In this document: piece after piece, positions 1-12,400 of the stretch
Position numbering within the stretch: position 1 is the stretch's first letter
How the letters are laid out: the number at the start of each line of letters is the position of its first letter
NCBI GenBank assembly: GCA_030141605.1
Contig: JAQGDQ010000148.1
Coordinates: 1-64,000, forward strand
DNA: 64,000 nt
Origin: Tubiluchus corallicola
Lineage: Eukaryota; Animalia; Priapulida
Direction: 5' to 3'
The notes under the pieces: model-generated
Database searches by the model: none
Seen by the model: only the letters and a program-made list of their open reading frames with translations
What the model was told of the DNA's origin: nothing
Made by a program: the position numbers and the translations under genes

Positions 1-52
1 TAACTCCGCCATAGCCGGTCCCAAGCCCGGTTGAGAGAGGAGGAGGGTTGGG
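1..52 (+). ncRNA. Twister ribozyme (type P1) at the 5' end of the RTE element; 5' strand of P1 is outside the window
   Basis: TAACTCCGCCATAGCCGGTCCCAAGCCCGGTTGAGAGAGGAGGAGGGTTGG matches the twister core of the rice twister type (U/AA..GCC...GCCGGUCCCAAGCCCGG...GGAGGG). Pairings: P2 CUCC 4-7 with GGAG 39-42; P4 GCCGG 14-18 with CCGGU 27-31; T1 CCC 20-22 with GGG 45-47; T2 GC 8-9 with GC 25-26; cleavage U1/A2. Confidence 0.9.
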
Positions 53-160
53 CTTAGGGTTAGCACCCCTATCCTGTAAAAGTTCTCAATTGCTACAGAA
101 ACAGACAGAAACAAATCTACTGACACAAATCGGCACAAAGCAGAAAGTTCGACCCATGTT

Positions 161-1843
161 ATGACGATGCTAGGTCAAAGCCGAGAGGAAGCCCAGCATC
201 CGATGAAGAACTCTATACTGAGTGCCACAAAGGTGACAAAAATTGGCACCTGGAATGTAAGAACAATGTTCCAAACAGGAAAAATGGCCCAAGTTATCCG
301 GGAATTCAACAACTATCAACTCAGTATCTTAGGCCTAACGGAAGTGAGATGGACAGGAAGCGGAAACATCAAGAGTGGAGAAACAACCTTTCTGTATTCA
401 GGACCAGAGGAGGATCACCAGAGAGGTGTTGGTCTGATGCTGAACAAAGAGGCAGCAAAGACACTAATAGGATGGAACCCAGTCAGTGAGAGGATAATAA
501 CTGCCCGAATGCAGTCAAGGCATGCGAAAACAACTATTGTTTGCATTTACGCACCAACTGAAGATACAGATGAACAAGTTAAAGATGATTTCTACCAACA
601 ATGTCAAGATGTGCTGAATGACATCCCCAGCCATGACATCATTCTCCTCATGGGTGATATGAATGCAAAGATTGACAACAACAGACACGGATTGGAGCAT
701 GTAATCGGGCCGCATGGATCAGCTCAAGAAACAAACAACAATGGTGAACGGCTCCTGATGTTGTGCAATTTAAATGGACTGTGTATTGGAAATACTTATT
801 TTGCCCACAAAACCATCCACAAGAAGACATGGAGGTCACCAGATGGAAATACACAGAACGAAATCGACTACATCTGTATCAGCAAGAGATGGAGATCAGC
901 ACTGAAAGATGTGAAAGTGTGTTATGGAGCTGATGTGGGTTCTGATCATCACTTAGTTCAAGGAAAAGTCCAGCTCAAACTGAAAAAGATACAAAAGCCA
1001 AAAATCACAAGACCTTTTGCGGTTGAAAACCTGAAAGACCAACAAAAAGCAAGGAGTTTTGAACTTGCACTTAGCAACAAATTTGAACCACTACTACAAG
1101 CCAACGATATTGAAGAACAGTGGAAAATATTCAAAGAAGCAGTAACAGCAGTTGCAGATGAACAGATCGGCAGAAGAAGGGGTAACAGAAAAGAAATGTG
1201 GATACAAGAAAAAACTTGGGAATTAATTGATGAAAGAAAGAAGACTAAGCAAATGAGAGACCAAGCAAAAACACCAGAAAGCAGGAGTCAAGCCAATGAG
1301 CAGTACCAACTGGCAGATAGAGCAGTAAAAAGACGTTGCAGGAGGGACAAGAACGAATGGTTTGAAAAGAAGGGTGAAGAAGCACAGTTAGCAGCCAGCC
1401 ATAATGATACCAAGACTCTCTACAGAATTGTTAAAGATCTAACGGGAACAGGAGGCACCCCAGCTGTGCCAATCAAGGACAAAAGTGGTGTGACTCTCAC
1501 AACAACAGAACAGCAAAATGCACGATGGGTGGAACACTTCAAGGAAGTTCTCAACCAGCCAAACCCAACAACATTATTCAACTTTGAGAATGAAATTGGA
1601 CAACAACAGCTAGATGTAAGATTGGACAACATCAGTGAACTGGAAGTCGAAACTGCCATCAAAAAACTAAAGAACAACAAAGCAGCAGGAGAGGACCAAA
1701 TAACAGCTGAGCTCCTGAAACACGGTAATAAAGGGATAACACGATCAATGACAAAGCTCCTGAACAGCTGCTGGGAACAACAAAAGGTCCCCGAAGATTG
1801 GAGAAATGGAGTCATCGTGAAGTTGCCTAAAAAGGGAACCTGA
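161..1843 (+). CDS. RTE pol, N-terminal part: apurinic-like (APE) endonuclease, linker and start of RT
   Basis: Motifs IGTWNVRTM, LGLTEVRW, IYAPT, MGDMNAK, NEIDYICIS, GSDHHLV, KAAGEDQITAELLK, VPEDWRNGVIVKLPKKG; ends at frameshift. Confidence 0.92.
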   Translation: MTMLGQSREEAQHPMKNSILSATKVTKIGTWNVRTMFQTGKMAQVIREFNNYQLSILGLTEVRWTGSGNIKSGETTFLYSGPEEDHQRGVGLMLNKEAAKTLIGWNPVSERIITARMQSRHAKTTIVCIYAPTEDTDEQVKDDFYQQCQDVLNDIPSHDIILLMGDMNAKIDNNRHGLEHVIGPHGSAQETNNNGERLLMLCNLNGLCIGNTYFAHKTIHKKTWRSPDGNTQNEIDYICISKRWRSALKDVKVCYGADVGSDHHLVQGKVQLKLKKIQKPKITRPFAVENLKDQQKARSFELALSNKFEPLLQANDIEEQWKIFKEAVTAVADEQIGRRRGNRKEMWIQEKTWELIDERKKTKQMRDQAKTPESRSQANEQYQLADRAVKRRCRRDKNEWFEKKGEEAQLAASHNDTKTLYRIVKDLTGTGGTPAVPIKDKSGVTLTTTEQQNARWVEHFKEVLNQPNPTTLFNFENEIGQQQLDVRLDNISELEVETAIKKLKNNKAAGEDQITAELLKHGNKGITRSMTKLLNSCWEQQKVPEDWRNGVIVKLPKKGT

Positions 1844-3153
1844 CAGATTGCAATAATTGGAGAGGAATAACTCTGATGTCAATACCTGGAAAAGTCCTGA
1901 GTATAGTGCTGCTAGATCGGTTGAGAGATGCTGCTGATATAAGACTAAGAGAACAACAAGCTGGATTTAGAAAAGGAAGATCATGCTGTGAACAGATATT
2001 CACTCTCAGAAACATCATTGAGCAATGTATGGAATTCCAACAGTCCTTATTAATCAATTTTATTGATTTCAAGAAGGCTTTTGACTCTGTTCACAGGCAG
2101 TCTCTATGGAAAATTGCTTCTCTGTATGGTATCCCACAGAAATTCATTTCAACCATCCAGAACTTTTACCAAAACAGCGGCTGTTGTATAAGAACACAAG
2201 AGGGAAACACCGAGTATTTCACCATCGAAACTGGAGTTAAGCAGGGTTGCATTATGTCACCATTCCTGTTCCTACTGACGATTGATTTCATCATGAACAA
2301 GGCGGTTGATGGTAAAGATCTAGGAATGCAATGGAAACAACAACAACGATTGGCAGATCTGGACTTTGCTGACGATATAGCTCTTCTGGAAACATCAAAA
2401 GAAAGCCTGCAACAACTGACCACAAGTATGGAAGAAGTAGCGGGAAAAATTGGATTGAGAATTAGTCAAGAAAAGACCAAAGTTTTGAAAGTGTGGACAA
2501 ACCAACAGAATGATGTACATATAACAGTGGGAGGCCAAATGGTTAAGAACGTTACCAGTTTTTCATATCTGGGCAGTGTGATGACCTGTAATGGAGGTAC
2601 AGAAAATGACATCAGGGGGAGAATCGGCAAAGCAACAGCAGTATTTAGGAAGATGGGAAAAATCTGGACAAGCAAGAAAATTGACATGAAAATCAAACTT
2701 CGTCTGTACAACGCCATTGTGCTGCCAACGGCTCTCTATGCCAGCGAAACCTGGAAAGTCACAGCGGAGTTATCAAAGAAACTGAACGTCTTCCACCAAA
2801 AATGCCTTCGAAAGATACTAAAAATCTCCTACCGCGACCATGTCACCAATGTAGAAGTTCTTCAACGAGCGCAGTCATTGCGGTTACAAGATATAGTTAC
2901 AGAGAGAAGAATGAAACTGGCTGGACATATTCTCCGTCTATCAGAAAGTCGCTACGCCAAAACAGCAGTACAGTGGGAACCACCTGGTGGGAAACGAAAA
3001 AGAGGTCGGCCAAAAACAACGTGGCGCAGATCCTTCAAAGAAGACCTTCGAGCTGTCAACAGACGTTGGGAAAACGTAGAGAACGAAGCCGCCGATAGAA
3101 CTCAGTGGAAAATGCTGTCTGCTCAATGTGCATCAATGCGCAGGAAGGACTAA
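1831..3153 (+). CDS. RTE pol, C-terminal part: reverse transcriptase (continuation in the -1 frame)
   Basis: -1 frame reads KGNLTDCNNWRGITLMSIPGKV, QAGFRKGRSC, FIDFKKAFDSV, GVKQGCIMSPFLF, LDFADDIALL, FSYLGS, to TAA at 3151-3153. Confidence 0.92.
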   Translation, partial: KGNLTDCNNWRGITLMSIPGKVLSIVLLDRLRDAADIRLREQQAGFRKGRSCCEQIFTLRNIIEQCMEFQQSLLINFIDFKKAFDSVHRQSLWKIASLYGIPQKFISTIQNFYQNSGCCIRTQEGNTEYFTIETGVKQGCIMSPFLFLLTIDFIMNKAVDGKDLGMQWKQQQRLADLDFADDIALLETSKESLQQLTTSMEEVAGKIGLRISQEKTKVLKVWTNQQNDVHITVGGQMVKNVTSFSYLGSVMTCNGGTENDIRGRIGKATAVFRKMGKIWTSKKIDMKIKLRLYNAIVLPTALYASETWKVTAELSKKLNVFHQKCLRKILKISYRDHVTNVEVLQRAQSLRLQDIVTERRMKLAGHILRLSESRYAKTAVQWEPPGGKRKRGRPKTTWRRSFKEDLRAVNRRWENVENEAADRTQWKMLSAQCASMRRKD

Positions 3154-3244
3154 GGAAAGGAAGTATCACAAAGAGCTTGCTGGCATGAAAAATAATTTTT
3201 CTTTTATTAACTTCTAAATTTTATTTGCACTGTTAAGTACATAC

Positions 3245-3421
3245 CTGTATTTGCTGTATTTCAGAGTTAAGTTTTTCTGCACTTAGATATAGTGGATGTG
3301 TCTCCAGTTCTTGCACTTGCGGAATATGCGGAAGCACAACGGTTTCCACATCAGATTTCAACTTCTGATAATCAGCCCAGTTTAAGAATGCTTCTCTAAT
3401 CTCATGCATTCTCTGCTCAAG
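3245..3421 (-). CDS. nesprin-like exon
   Basis: AG/GT bounded, 177 nt, LEQRMHEIREAFLNWADYQ. Confidence 0.85.
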
Positions 3422-6400
3422 CTACAGAAAACAGAGCTGATATAATAACTTGCAAACAATTCAACTTTCATTAACAATAATTTTGAAGATCATTTGTAGC
3501 ATGTTCATAGTGATGCAAAGGTTATGTGCTTATTGTGACCAGCAGACTGCCGCCCAGTCTGTCTTAAGAAAAACATTTATGCACAGTGTGTGCAGCTGTA
3601 CATGAATGCTTGCATTCCATTCAAAGTCAATAACATGCATAAATCAAGATAATATTATTGAAAAATGAAGCACAACTTACAGATTTAATCAGGTCATCAT
3701 ATTTCTGAGTAACGTTATTACTCGTGTCTTGCAAATTACCATCACCCAAGGGCCCTGCTTGTTCCAAAGCTGCTAATAAATCTTGTCTACGATTGTTGAC
3801 TTGCTCCAAGAGTTCCTAAACAAGAGTAAATCAAAAATCAATAATGACAAAAGACATCACAGAAACACAAACACCTAAAGTGGCCTCATAAAAGTTTTAA
3901 ATCAAGCAGCTGCTAATTAATAATTAAAAACAAAAAGGAGTAAAATGCTGCGAGTACATGACACCAATCATAACCACATTCTTGCTGCTAAATTTGAATT
4001 ACAATGATTGCTAAAAAGTTTTGCGAACTACACCGAAAGAACTGCTCTCACTGCAAAGACTGGTGCCAAATATAAATCTTTCACCTGTTTATGAACAAGC
4101 AATTTTTGCACGTCTTCAGCTGTAGTTGCTTTAACTGGCTGTCCAACATCAACAGCTTCAACTTCATTCAAGTAAGTCTCATGCTGTTGAAGTAACATGT
4201 TCATTGCATCATACTTTGCTTTTGCTTGAATCAGCTGTTTCTGCAAATGGATAAAGTTCAATGTGTCAGCTGAACACGTAATGAAATATAAAAACACAAC
4301 TGAGATTTGATGTCGTATTAAACTCAAAACATAAGAACATCATGACAAAGTGTGAACTAATCCATATTCCTGAACTGTTATTATAAAAAATGAAATGCGA
4401 AGAAATAGAATTTGTCTGATACAATGGCTTTATATAAGTATGCAAGCAAATAAAAGAAAGCAAAAAGTAAAATTAGTTTAGAAAAACATAAGTCAGATAA
4501 CATTACCAGTTTTTTAGTGCGAGAACTCCACACAGAAAAAAACTACAGTAGGCGCCGCTTAATAGACTCACGGTTAATAGACTCAATTGCTTAATTGACT
4601 CAAAAAAGGCCTGGAACGGGCCGCTTCTATTCAAATATACACAAAACTATCGGTAATTGACTCAAATAACTTCGCATAATTGACCCAATATTGACTCGAC
4701 TTAAAACAAGACTTTTGTATGTGCCAAAAGAGCCTTTCCTACTTCTATGTCATCTTTACTTCCCTTTTGTGCACTATGTATACAGAAACAAACATGTTAA
4801 GTACCGTTTTGTTTGTAAGCAGGTACGTTTATCATGTGCTAATATGCAAGCGTAACGGTTTTGCTTTGAATCTGTTGCCCGCTCGCCCACTATTACTCAA
4901 AGAATTTCTGGAAGCTAAACATTTAATCATTTGCCTAGCAGTTTCCTTTTGATGATCTCGTTGCAAATTACGCTTTCAGGCTAAATGAATTAATAGTCAG
5001 AGATGCAGGTACAGTAATCAGCTGGTATTCCTTGTGACTTACAAGAGTAAACATCGTACAGCAAATAAGAGCAGTATAAGTGAGCAGACGATTCAGAACT
5101 GTTTTAGAAAAACATGCACAACAACATATTTTCAACGTTTTTATAATTACGAAAATGTGTGGGCCAACTTTTTCACGAGAAAATGAAGCAGCCAACTTTG
5201 AAGGAATTTTTGCAATTTTTGCAAATAAACAGACTTAGAAAAGTGTGTGATTTAGAAAAGTATACTTTTTAATTTACTGCTAATTCACTTATATAAATCA
5301 ATATTTTAAAATATTTTTTTCTAATTTTTAACTGCACAAGGAATTTAGGCATTACTTCATTTCTAAAATTCCTTAAAAACCTTTGCAGTGCATAGTAAAC
5401 TGATGACTCATACTTCTATACCTGTAATACTACACCCATCGGTTAATAGGTTCAGTGGGTTAATTGGGTCAAAACACGTCGGTCCCAAAGTGAGTCTATT
5501 AAGCGGTGTCTACTGTAGTAATAAATTTAGTTGTCTGATAGTTCTAAATCACTGTAATATTAATTTTTAACTAAATCAGCGGTTTATAAAAGGATGTTAA
5601 GAAACAACAGTGTGCAATACATGCCAGTAAATATAATGCCACAAAGGGCTTTAAGGAATTTTAGCTTTTGCATAAAAACAGAGGTAAAATACCTGTATTG
5701 TTTCCTGTAGAGAAGAGTATCTATTACACAGTAATGCCACCTCCACACGAGGAGTTGAATCACAGCCGTATCGATCTAGCAAGTGTTCACTCACTTCACG
5801 CAATTTCTCGACATCGTCTTTCTTAGATTGCCATTCTGTCTTCAAATCCTATACCATAGACGAAATATAAAATAAATCAAATTAAAATAAATACATTTAT
5901 ACCGTAATTCTTAATTACAATGGGAAACACAAAATTTACGAAATGCAGTAGATTTTATGAATGAAGATTTTGTTTATTTTTTTAAAAACAACTTAGTCTT
6001 GCCTCGGTTCCCTGCCTAGCAATATGAAGTAGGAGTTACGTACTTTAAACTCAAGCTGTCAGACTCAGATGCAAGTAATTTTTTGTACAAATAGAGGATG
6101 CACTACATTGTTAGATCATTAATAATTTTAGCAGATGTCATACAAGAGCTGTAAACGGCGCCGGCAATAGTTTATTTCACGTAAAATAGTGATCAAGTTG
6201 ACAATAAATATTTTCATATAAATTAAATAATTGAAATAAGCAAAAATATTCATTACATACTTAATGTGAAGTACCTATACTTTGGTGTTCTGATTCAATA
6301 AATCTCATTAATGTGCTATTGCTAAGGAATTGATTAAATTAAAAAAAGCCCACACAATGAATCAATGTAGTCCAGACAAAATTAACACTAACATTCAATA

Positions 6401-9400
6401 AAACTAAAAGCTTACATTGATCATGGAAACAGCAGTTTCAACTGGCAACGGGTTTGATTCGTATGTGTTTAGCTCCTCTTCTTTTGCTAACAGCCAATCA
6501 GAAAATGAAGTCCTGATATCTTCATACTCTTGCCAGTTAATAATACATTCTGTCAACAGACTTCTAGTCGACTCTATGCCAGCATTTAACTGCTCCCATG
6601 CACTTTGTAGTTCCGCCTGATTTTGACAAATTACTGGGTGACCGTTTGGTGAAGTTTCCTCCAAAACAACATGTCCTAGCTCTGTCACAGACGAGAGTCT
6701 GTTTTCACCTTCTGGTAATTTAGCTGCCAGCAACTAAAGCACAAAATACATCTCCGATATTTGTTGAACCAGTTACAATCAGAAATAAATAAATGATTCA
6801 TGCAGTAGCTCGAAAATTGACCTGACCACCAGAAAAATTATTTTTATTTTTGCCCAATTCACTTCACATTCACAAAAAGAGTACCATACTTTTTTAAATT
6901 TACGAATCCATAGTACATCTTCAAAAAATGAGCCGTAAATGTTGCTAAATTACATTAGCCTATAATGTTATTTTAAATTTTACCTCCAGTGAATCTTTAT
7001 TGCTGACAGTATCAGACTTGCTTCCTGTTACATTATCGCATAATTTAAGCTCAGCCTTGGCCGAGTTTATCCACTCACTGACATTTTTACATGCATCTCG
7101 GAACTTTTCATGATCCGAGATGTACTGAGTGCATTTCACTTGCAGAACCTAAGAAACAACGACATGTCTTGAACAAGTGCCAGTAAAAGCGCCAGAATCA
7201 CAGTTAATATACATAGGCCTACATATAGTAAGACAAAAGTACTGTAAAGTCTTAGAAACACATTTTCATCTCCATTTAACTGCAACAAACACAACAACTA
7301 TTTTTAAATTTCTTTAATACATTCTGCAAAACTGGATAATTAAAATAATGGTCTGTTGAAAATTTAAAATTTAATACACATTAGTTCTACACATATCAAC
7401 CGTCCTCATGTGAAGAACTCCTTCTTTAGGTGCTAAGATGACTTTCATTAGATGTAAGATTTCGTATATTGAACAATGCCTTTAGAAATGTGAAATAAGC
7501 AAATTCAAATGAGTTTAGGCTCCCTGAAGTGCCAGAAATCAATCATCTTTTTATACTTAATGTTTTATAAACAAAATCAAAAAGCCAAAATTGTTTCAAA
7601 CAATTATAATTATTGATACGCTGGTAAAAAAATAGAGGTTCCTTTAAGAATTGAACCCAGAAGCTTCTGACAACTAGCAAGACTAGGTAATAATTACACT
7701 GGATTACCTGGTTTTGGTTGCTCAGACTCTCGTACTGCTCTTTAACTTGTTGTACACTTGTCTTTATTGACTCGTCGGTTTTCACTTCAAGCAGGTTGGC
7801 AGCTCTCTCTAGTAACTTTGTCACTGATGGTTCATGTGACTGAATATCCTCACCAATTTTCTAAAATACAAAAATAGAATATCATATGGGTGAACAGTGC
7901 ACCTTTGATTTCAAGTACTCATATTATGGTGCTTGCAACATGCAACATCACAATCCCAAGACAAGACACCGATCCTACGATCATTAAGCAGTATCTAGTA
8001 GGTAGCATTTCAGTATTAAACCTCAAGTAACAAAAACTTTCTGAAGCTGGTTTTCATACCGTTTTCCAGTGCCACACAGATTGCTGCAGTTCAAGTTTAC
8101 TGGTCACTAAAAACTTGTACAAGTTTTTAGTGACCAGTACAAATTGACAGTGTGCACTTAGAAATCTACACCTAAATGATCTACAGCTAAAAGAAGAAGA
8201 AAAATTGAAACTGAACCATGAAGGTCTTCAACACCACGGTATTTCTTGCAGTCAATTACAATTTTAAAGCTGTTACATTGAACACCGTTCTACAATGACT
8301 AATAGATGCAGTGCATTACTATTGATCTTTTTTTCTGCTTTAATGTCAACAAGATTGTTAGCCTAACCTCAAGACTTAAATGATGCAAAATTTATATTAA
8401 CGAGTTATTCACCCTGGTATTCACTCACTTGCCTAATATAGACTAAATATTAGACTTCCATCTCATTTATGTAGAAAGGAAACGTAATAGCAACAGAGTA
8501 AACAATTTTAAATCAATAAATAGGAATGCTTAGATCAGTTTTTCGATCATAAATTTCAGTATTCTTACCTCACATTTGCTATGGTTGTTTTTCTTGGTAA
8601 CTAAATCAGGTTGCAACACATCTAAATCATGTAATTTTGCTTGCACATCTTGCAACCACTGCTGAAGTTGTGCAAGACTTTCGTCAACTGCACACCACTC
8701 TGTTTGTAATGTCTCAAACTGAACCTAGAAATAAATAGCAAACTTTAAAGATAAATTATATGCTTCCACTTTACACATGGTACCATATGCAGTGCAGTCT
8801 GCTGTAGATACCTGCAGTAACATTAATAATATTGGATGAATTTATAAATCACATACATCCTTATGTTGTTTGGGACAATGCTACAAAGACCTTGTAGTAT
8901 TTCGTCAAAGCATGCCTAGATGCCAGGATTGATCACACAGCTTTGCTACATTTTAAGGTGTTTTATTCAACACTTCCTTAATACTTACAATTGAGTTAAT
9001 CACTTCGTTCTTTAACTCATCATTTTCCAGTTTCAGTTTGTCCAGTTTGTCCTTGATTGCGTCACAACCGGGAGAGTTGGTGTTTGGACAGACAATTTCG
9101 CTTTGTTCCGTTGCCGTATCTAACTTGTTTATACCAACTGATAAAGCTTGCTGAAGGTCCTAGAATAAACAGCCAATAAAAATTGAATAAAAATTTATCA
9201 TTTAGTCATTTTAAGACAGCTAACAGTGTCACAGTGCAAATACACCCTTTGACTACTCTCAGATTACTTAATATAATATTTGGAACTCTTCGATCGAGTA
9301 ATAGTCTCAACTAACTAGAGTCCTGGGAACATAAAAGCCAATGACAGTGAGGTAATTCGCAAACTTTTGCTGCTGTCACATGATGTCCTTTTTCTCACTG

Positions 9401-12400
9401 AGCTACAGGAGTAACATAAAAGCTGTGTCAATCAATACGCTGCATTGTTCAAGGAATGACTCTAAATCAGAAAGGCCCAAACAACACTTGAACTCCAGGT
9501 CATTTGATTAGGGGTCTACTGCGCATGAACGGTAACAAAATATAATGTGACAGCTGAATAGAGTGCAAAGTCATCAGCAAGCAATACTATTAACAGGCAA
9601 CAATGTAGCAATTACTTGATTCAGATATCTAAATTCTTAGAATGTCTTTCAAAGAGTCCAAAATTAATAATAAAATCTCCAAGTTTATGGCAAAAAATAC
9701 ATATTTAAAGTATTACTTGCCAGCTTGGAAATTCTGTTTATAAACCATGTCATTTGCATATAACATTTACAATTTGTATTCCTAAACTCAAAGTATAGCA
9801 TAATCATACATCAGGTACAGAAAGAGCAAGTATAGTTCCAATGCAGGATATGAACAATGGACGGACAGCATAACACAAGATCAATATGTCAACAAATTAG
9901 TACATTAAACAAAATTAATAAATTAAGTCACCAAACCTTTAATGCTTGTAATTTTGGGGCAATATCATCTTTGCTTGCAACTGCTTTATTATTATGATCA
10001 AGTTCATCCTGCATTTGATGAAGCCAGGTGACACAATCACTGCAATCCTGGTCAAACTTTTCATGGTCAACAAAGAATCCATCTAGTTTCTTCACCATCT
10101 CCTATATTAAATGCAAATAAACCTATCACGAATGAGTTTTTCATTTTTTGCAAATCGTTGCTCAAATAAGTCGTTTAGGCAATCTATTTCTTATGGTTTC
10201 GGAAATCAGTCTAAAACATTCATTCTGGCATTTTGCATTGAAGTACTCGCCCGTGCCTTCTGGAGCAGAATCCAGTTATTTTAGCACCAAATCAAACTGC
10301 TTTAATGACAAATTTTATACTCCATGAAAAATGCAAAATGGTACATGTTTTTATGCAAATTTCGAAGCAGTTTTTTTACAATGTTTCAATCTACATGCCA
10401 TTAATCTTCACTACCTGCTTTTTACTGCATGCTCATGCTATACTTTAAGAGTAATTTCATTGTTTAGTTCACTTGTGTAAATCTTCTTCAATAATACCAG
10501 ATAACAGTGGTGAAGTTTAAGCTATGCACGTTATTAACAAAGTAATTAGAACACTATTTCAAAATGACTTACCTTTAGCCTATCAGTCAACATTTGATGC
10601 TCTGATTTGAGATTAGAAACTCTTTCATTAGGTAAGTTTAATGTCACCCCTTTTTGAGATAAATCATCTAGTTGTACTTCATGGTTTAGCAGCTCCTGCT
10701 CCACATTCTAGAAAAATAAGAGAAGTAATTCTGTATCAGTACTGAAATTTTTTACAAACTAGGGTATTTGGAATGTGAATCCTACAATGCATAATGCAGT
10801 ATCTTGTATCAATTAATTAAGCATAAACTATGATATAGAAGAATATCTTCTCTCTAATGACTTTTAAAAAAATTCAAAAAAATATTAAATTTATCTGTAA
10901 ATTAAAGCATAAAAAGGCAGGAATATTACTAATACTATATCATTTAGATGTGGGTCATTAATACAAAGTGCACACAACTTAATGTTTAATCCTCAACATA
11001 CATCTCTTACACAGGCATTAACATATAGATGCTTATAATGAAGACATAATAGCTGTTACATACCTTGAACTTTGCACAATGTGATGATTTAGCAGCAGAA
11101 TCAAACTGAAGTTCATTAGCGGAATCAAACTCTACAGCAGTGGTCTGCAACCAAGCACTATACTCATCACAGTGTTGGTTCAGTTCAGTCACAGCCACAA
11201 CTGTTGATTCAAGTTCAGACTGTGCTGCAGCTAAACTAAACCGAAACTCCGACAGAGAATGCTCATAGTTGTCAACTTCCTGCAAAATAACAAATGTGTG
11301 ATTTTAGAATTTCGAAGTGATTTATTCCAACCATGTTTTAAAAGTATACAACTTATTTTCAAGATACAAATATATAAGAGTTAAAGAATGACAGCAGATA
11401 TTATATGAATTTAGTTTCAGTTACATATCCTCATTTTTGCATAATGGCAACACATTTAGGAATATTTTGTGTATAACAATAAAAATAGTATAAAAGAACT
11501 TTAAATATCTTAAATTTTCCAATTGCAAGCAGATGCTAACTTATTTGCACAAGTTCACTTATCTAAAACAGTGTGCGCTGCTTATAAAAGAAGGTGTAAA
11601 TTACTTATGTATTCCAGCAACAAAGAACATGAGATTGTGAGCTTTTTACAAGCTACTGTTCCATGATGGAAAGTCTCCCTTTATCAATTTCTTCCACTAT
11701 TTTGAAACTATTTACATCAAGTAATAGATAATGCTTGCATTTGCTCTTTAACGTTACCGCAGATGAAAAAAACTTATTAGAAATAAGAAGGGAGCAATCA
11801 ACACATGACAACAAATGCTAACTAAAATCTTACTGTTTACCTCTTTTGTGAAAACTAGTATAACCAGAGATTTTTTAAACTGCTACATACTTTATTTACA
11901 ATATCTTGACTAGGTTGGGTCAAATGTATGGAAAGCAAATCCCTCGCTGCTTTCACCTGGTCCAAGTTGTCTATTCCGTTCTGGAGAGTGGCTTCAAATT
12001 CCTGACGAATTATCAAGTCATTCAATTAAATAATAAACAGATGGTATTATTCATGGATATGTAATTATTATAAAATAATAATAGGATTGTATGAAACATA
12101 TTGGTAAAGCAACATAAAATGTCAATGTTACTAAATGCATTGCTTGTTTCCCGTCAAAGCAATTAAATTGGAAAGTCATTTTAAGCTTACAATTAAGAAA
12201 AATTATATAAAATTTCAAGTTTAAATGTTTTATTGAGAAGATTGTTCTTCAGATTCCATAAAAAAATAGTCTAATGCAGTTTGAACGAACCTGACATTTA
12301 ACTAAGCATTTGTCTTAAGTTAAGTAACCTTTAACGGACAAAAAAAGACACAAAAAATTCAAATTTGGGTCTTTTTAATATTCGATAGTCTACTAACCCA

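Larger units (their letters stand above)
1..3163 (+). mobile_element. RTE-clade non-LTR retrotransposon (LINE), near full length, antisense within a host-gene intron
   Basis: Short 5' UTR with ribozyme, single APE-RT pol ORF and no gag-like ORF1, C-terminal KRKRGRPKTTWRRS motif typical of RTE, very short 3' end with TAAGGAAAGGAAG tail; purine-rich composition changes abruptly to AT-rich intron after ~3163. Confidence 0.93.

Noticed and set aside
515-3126. Short ORFs overlapping the LINE (515-715, 648-854, 1420-1815, 1827-2072, 2166-2423, 2466-2717, 2802-3098, 2941-3126)
   Set aside because: Antisense or off-frame shadows of the pol ORF with no recognisable motifs
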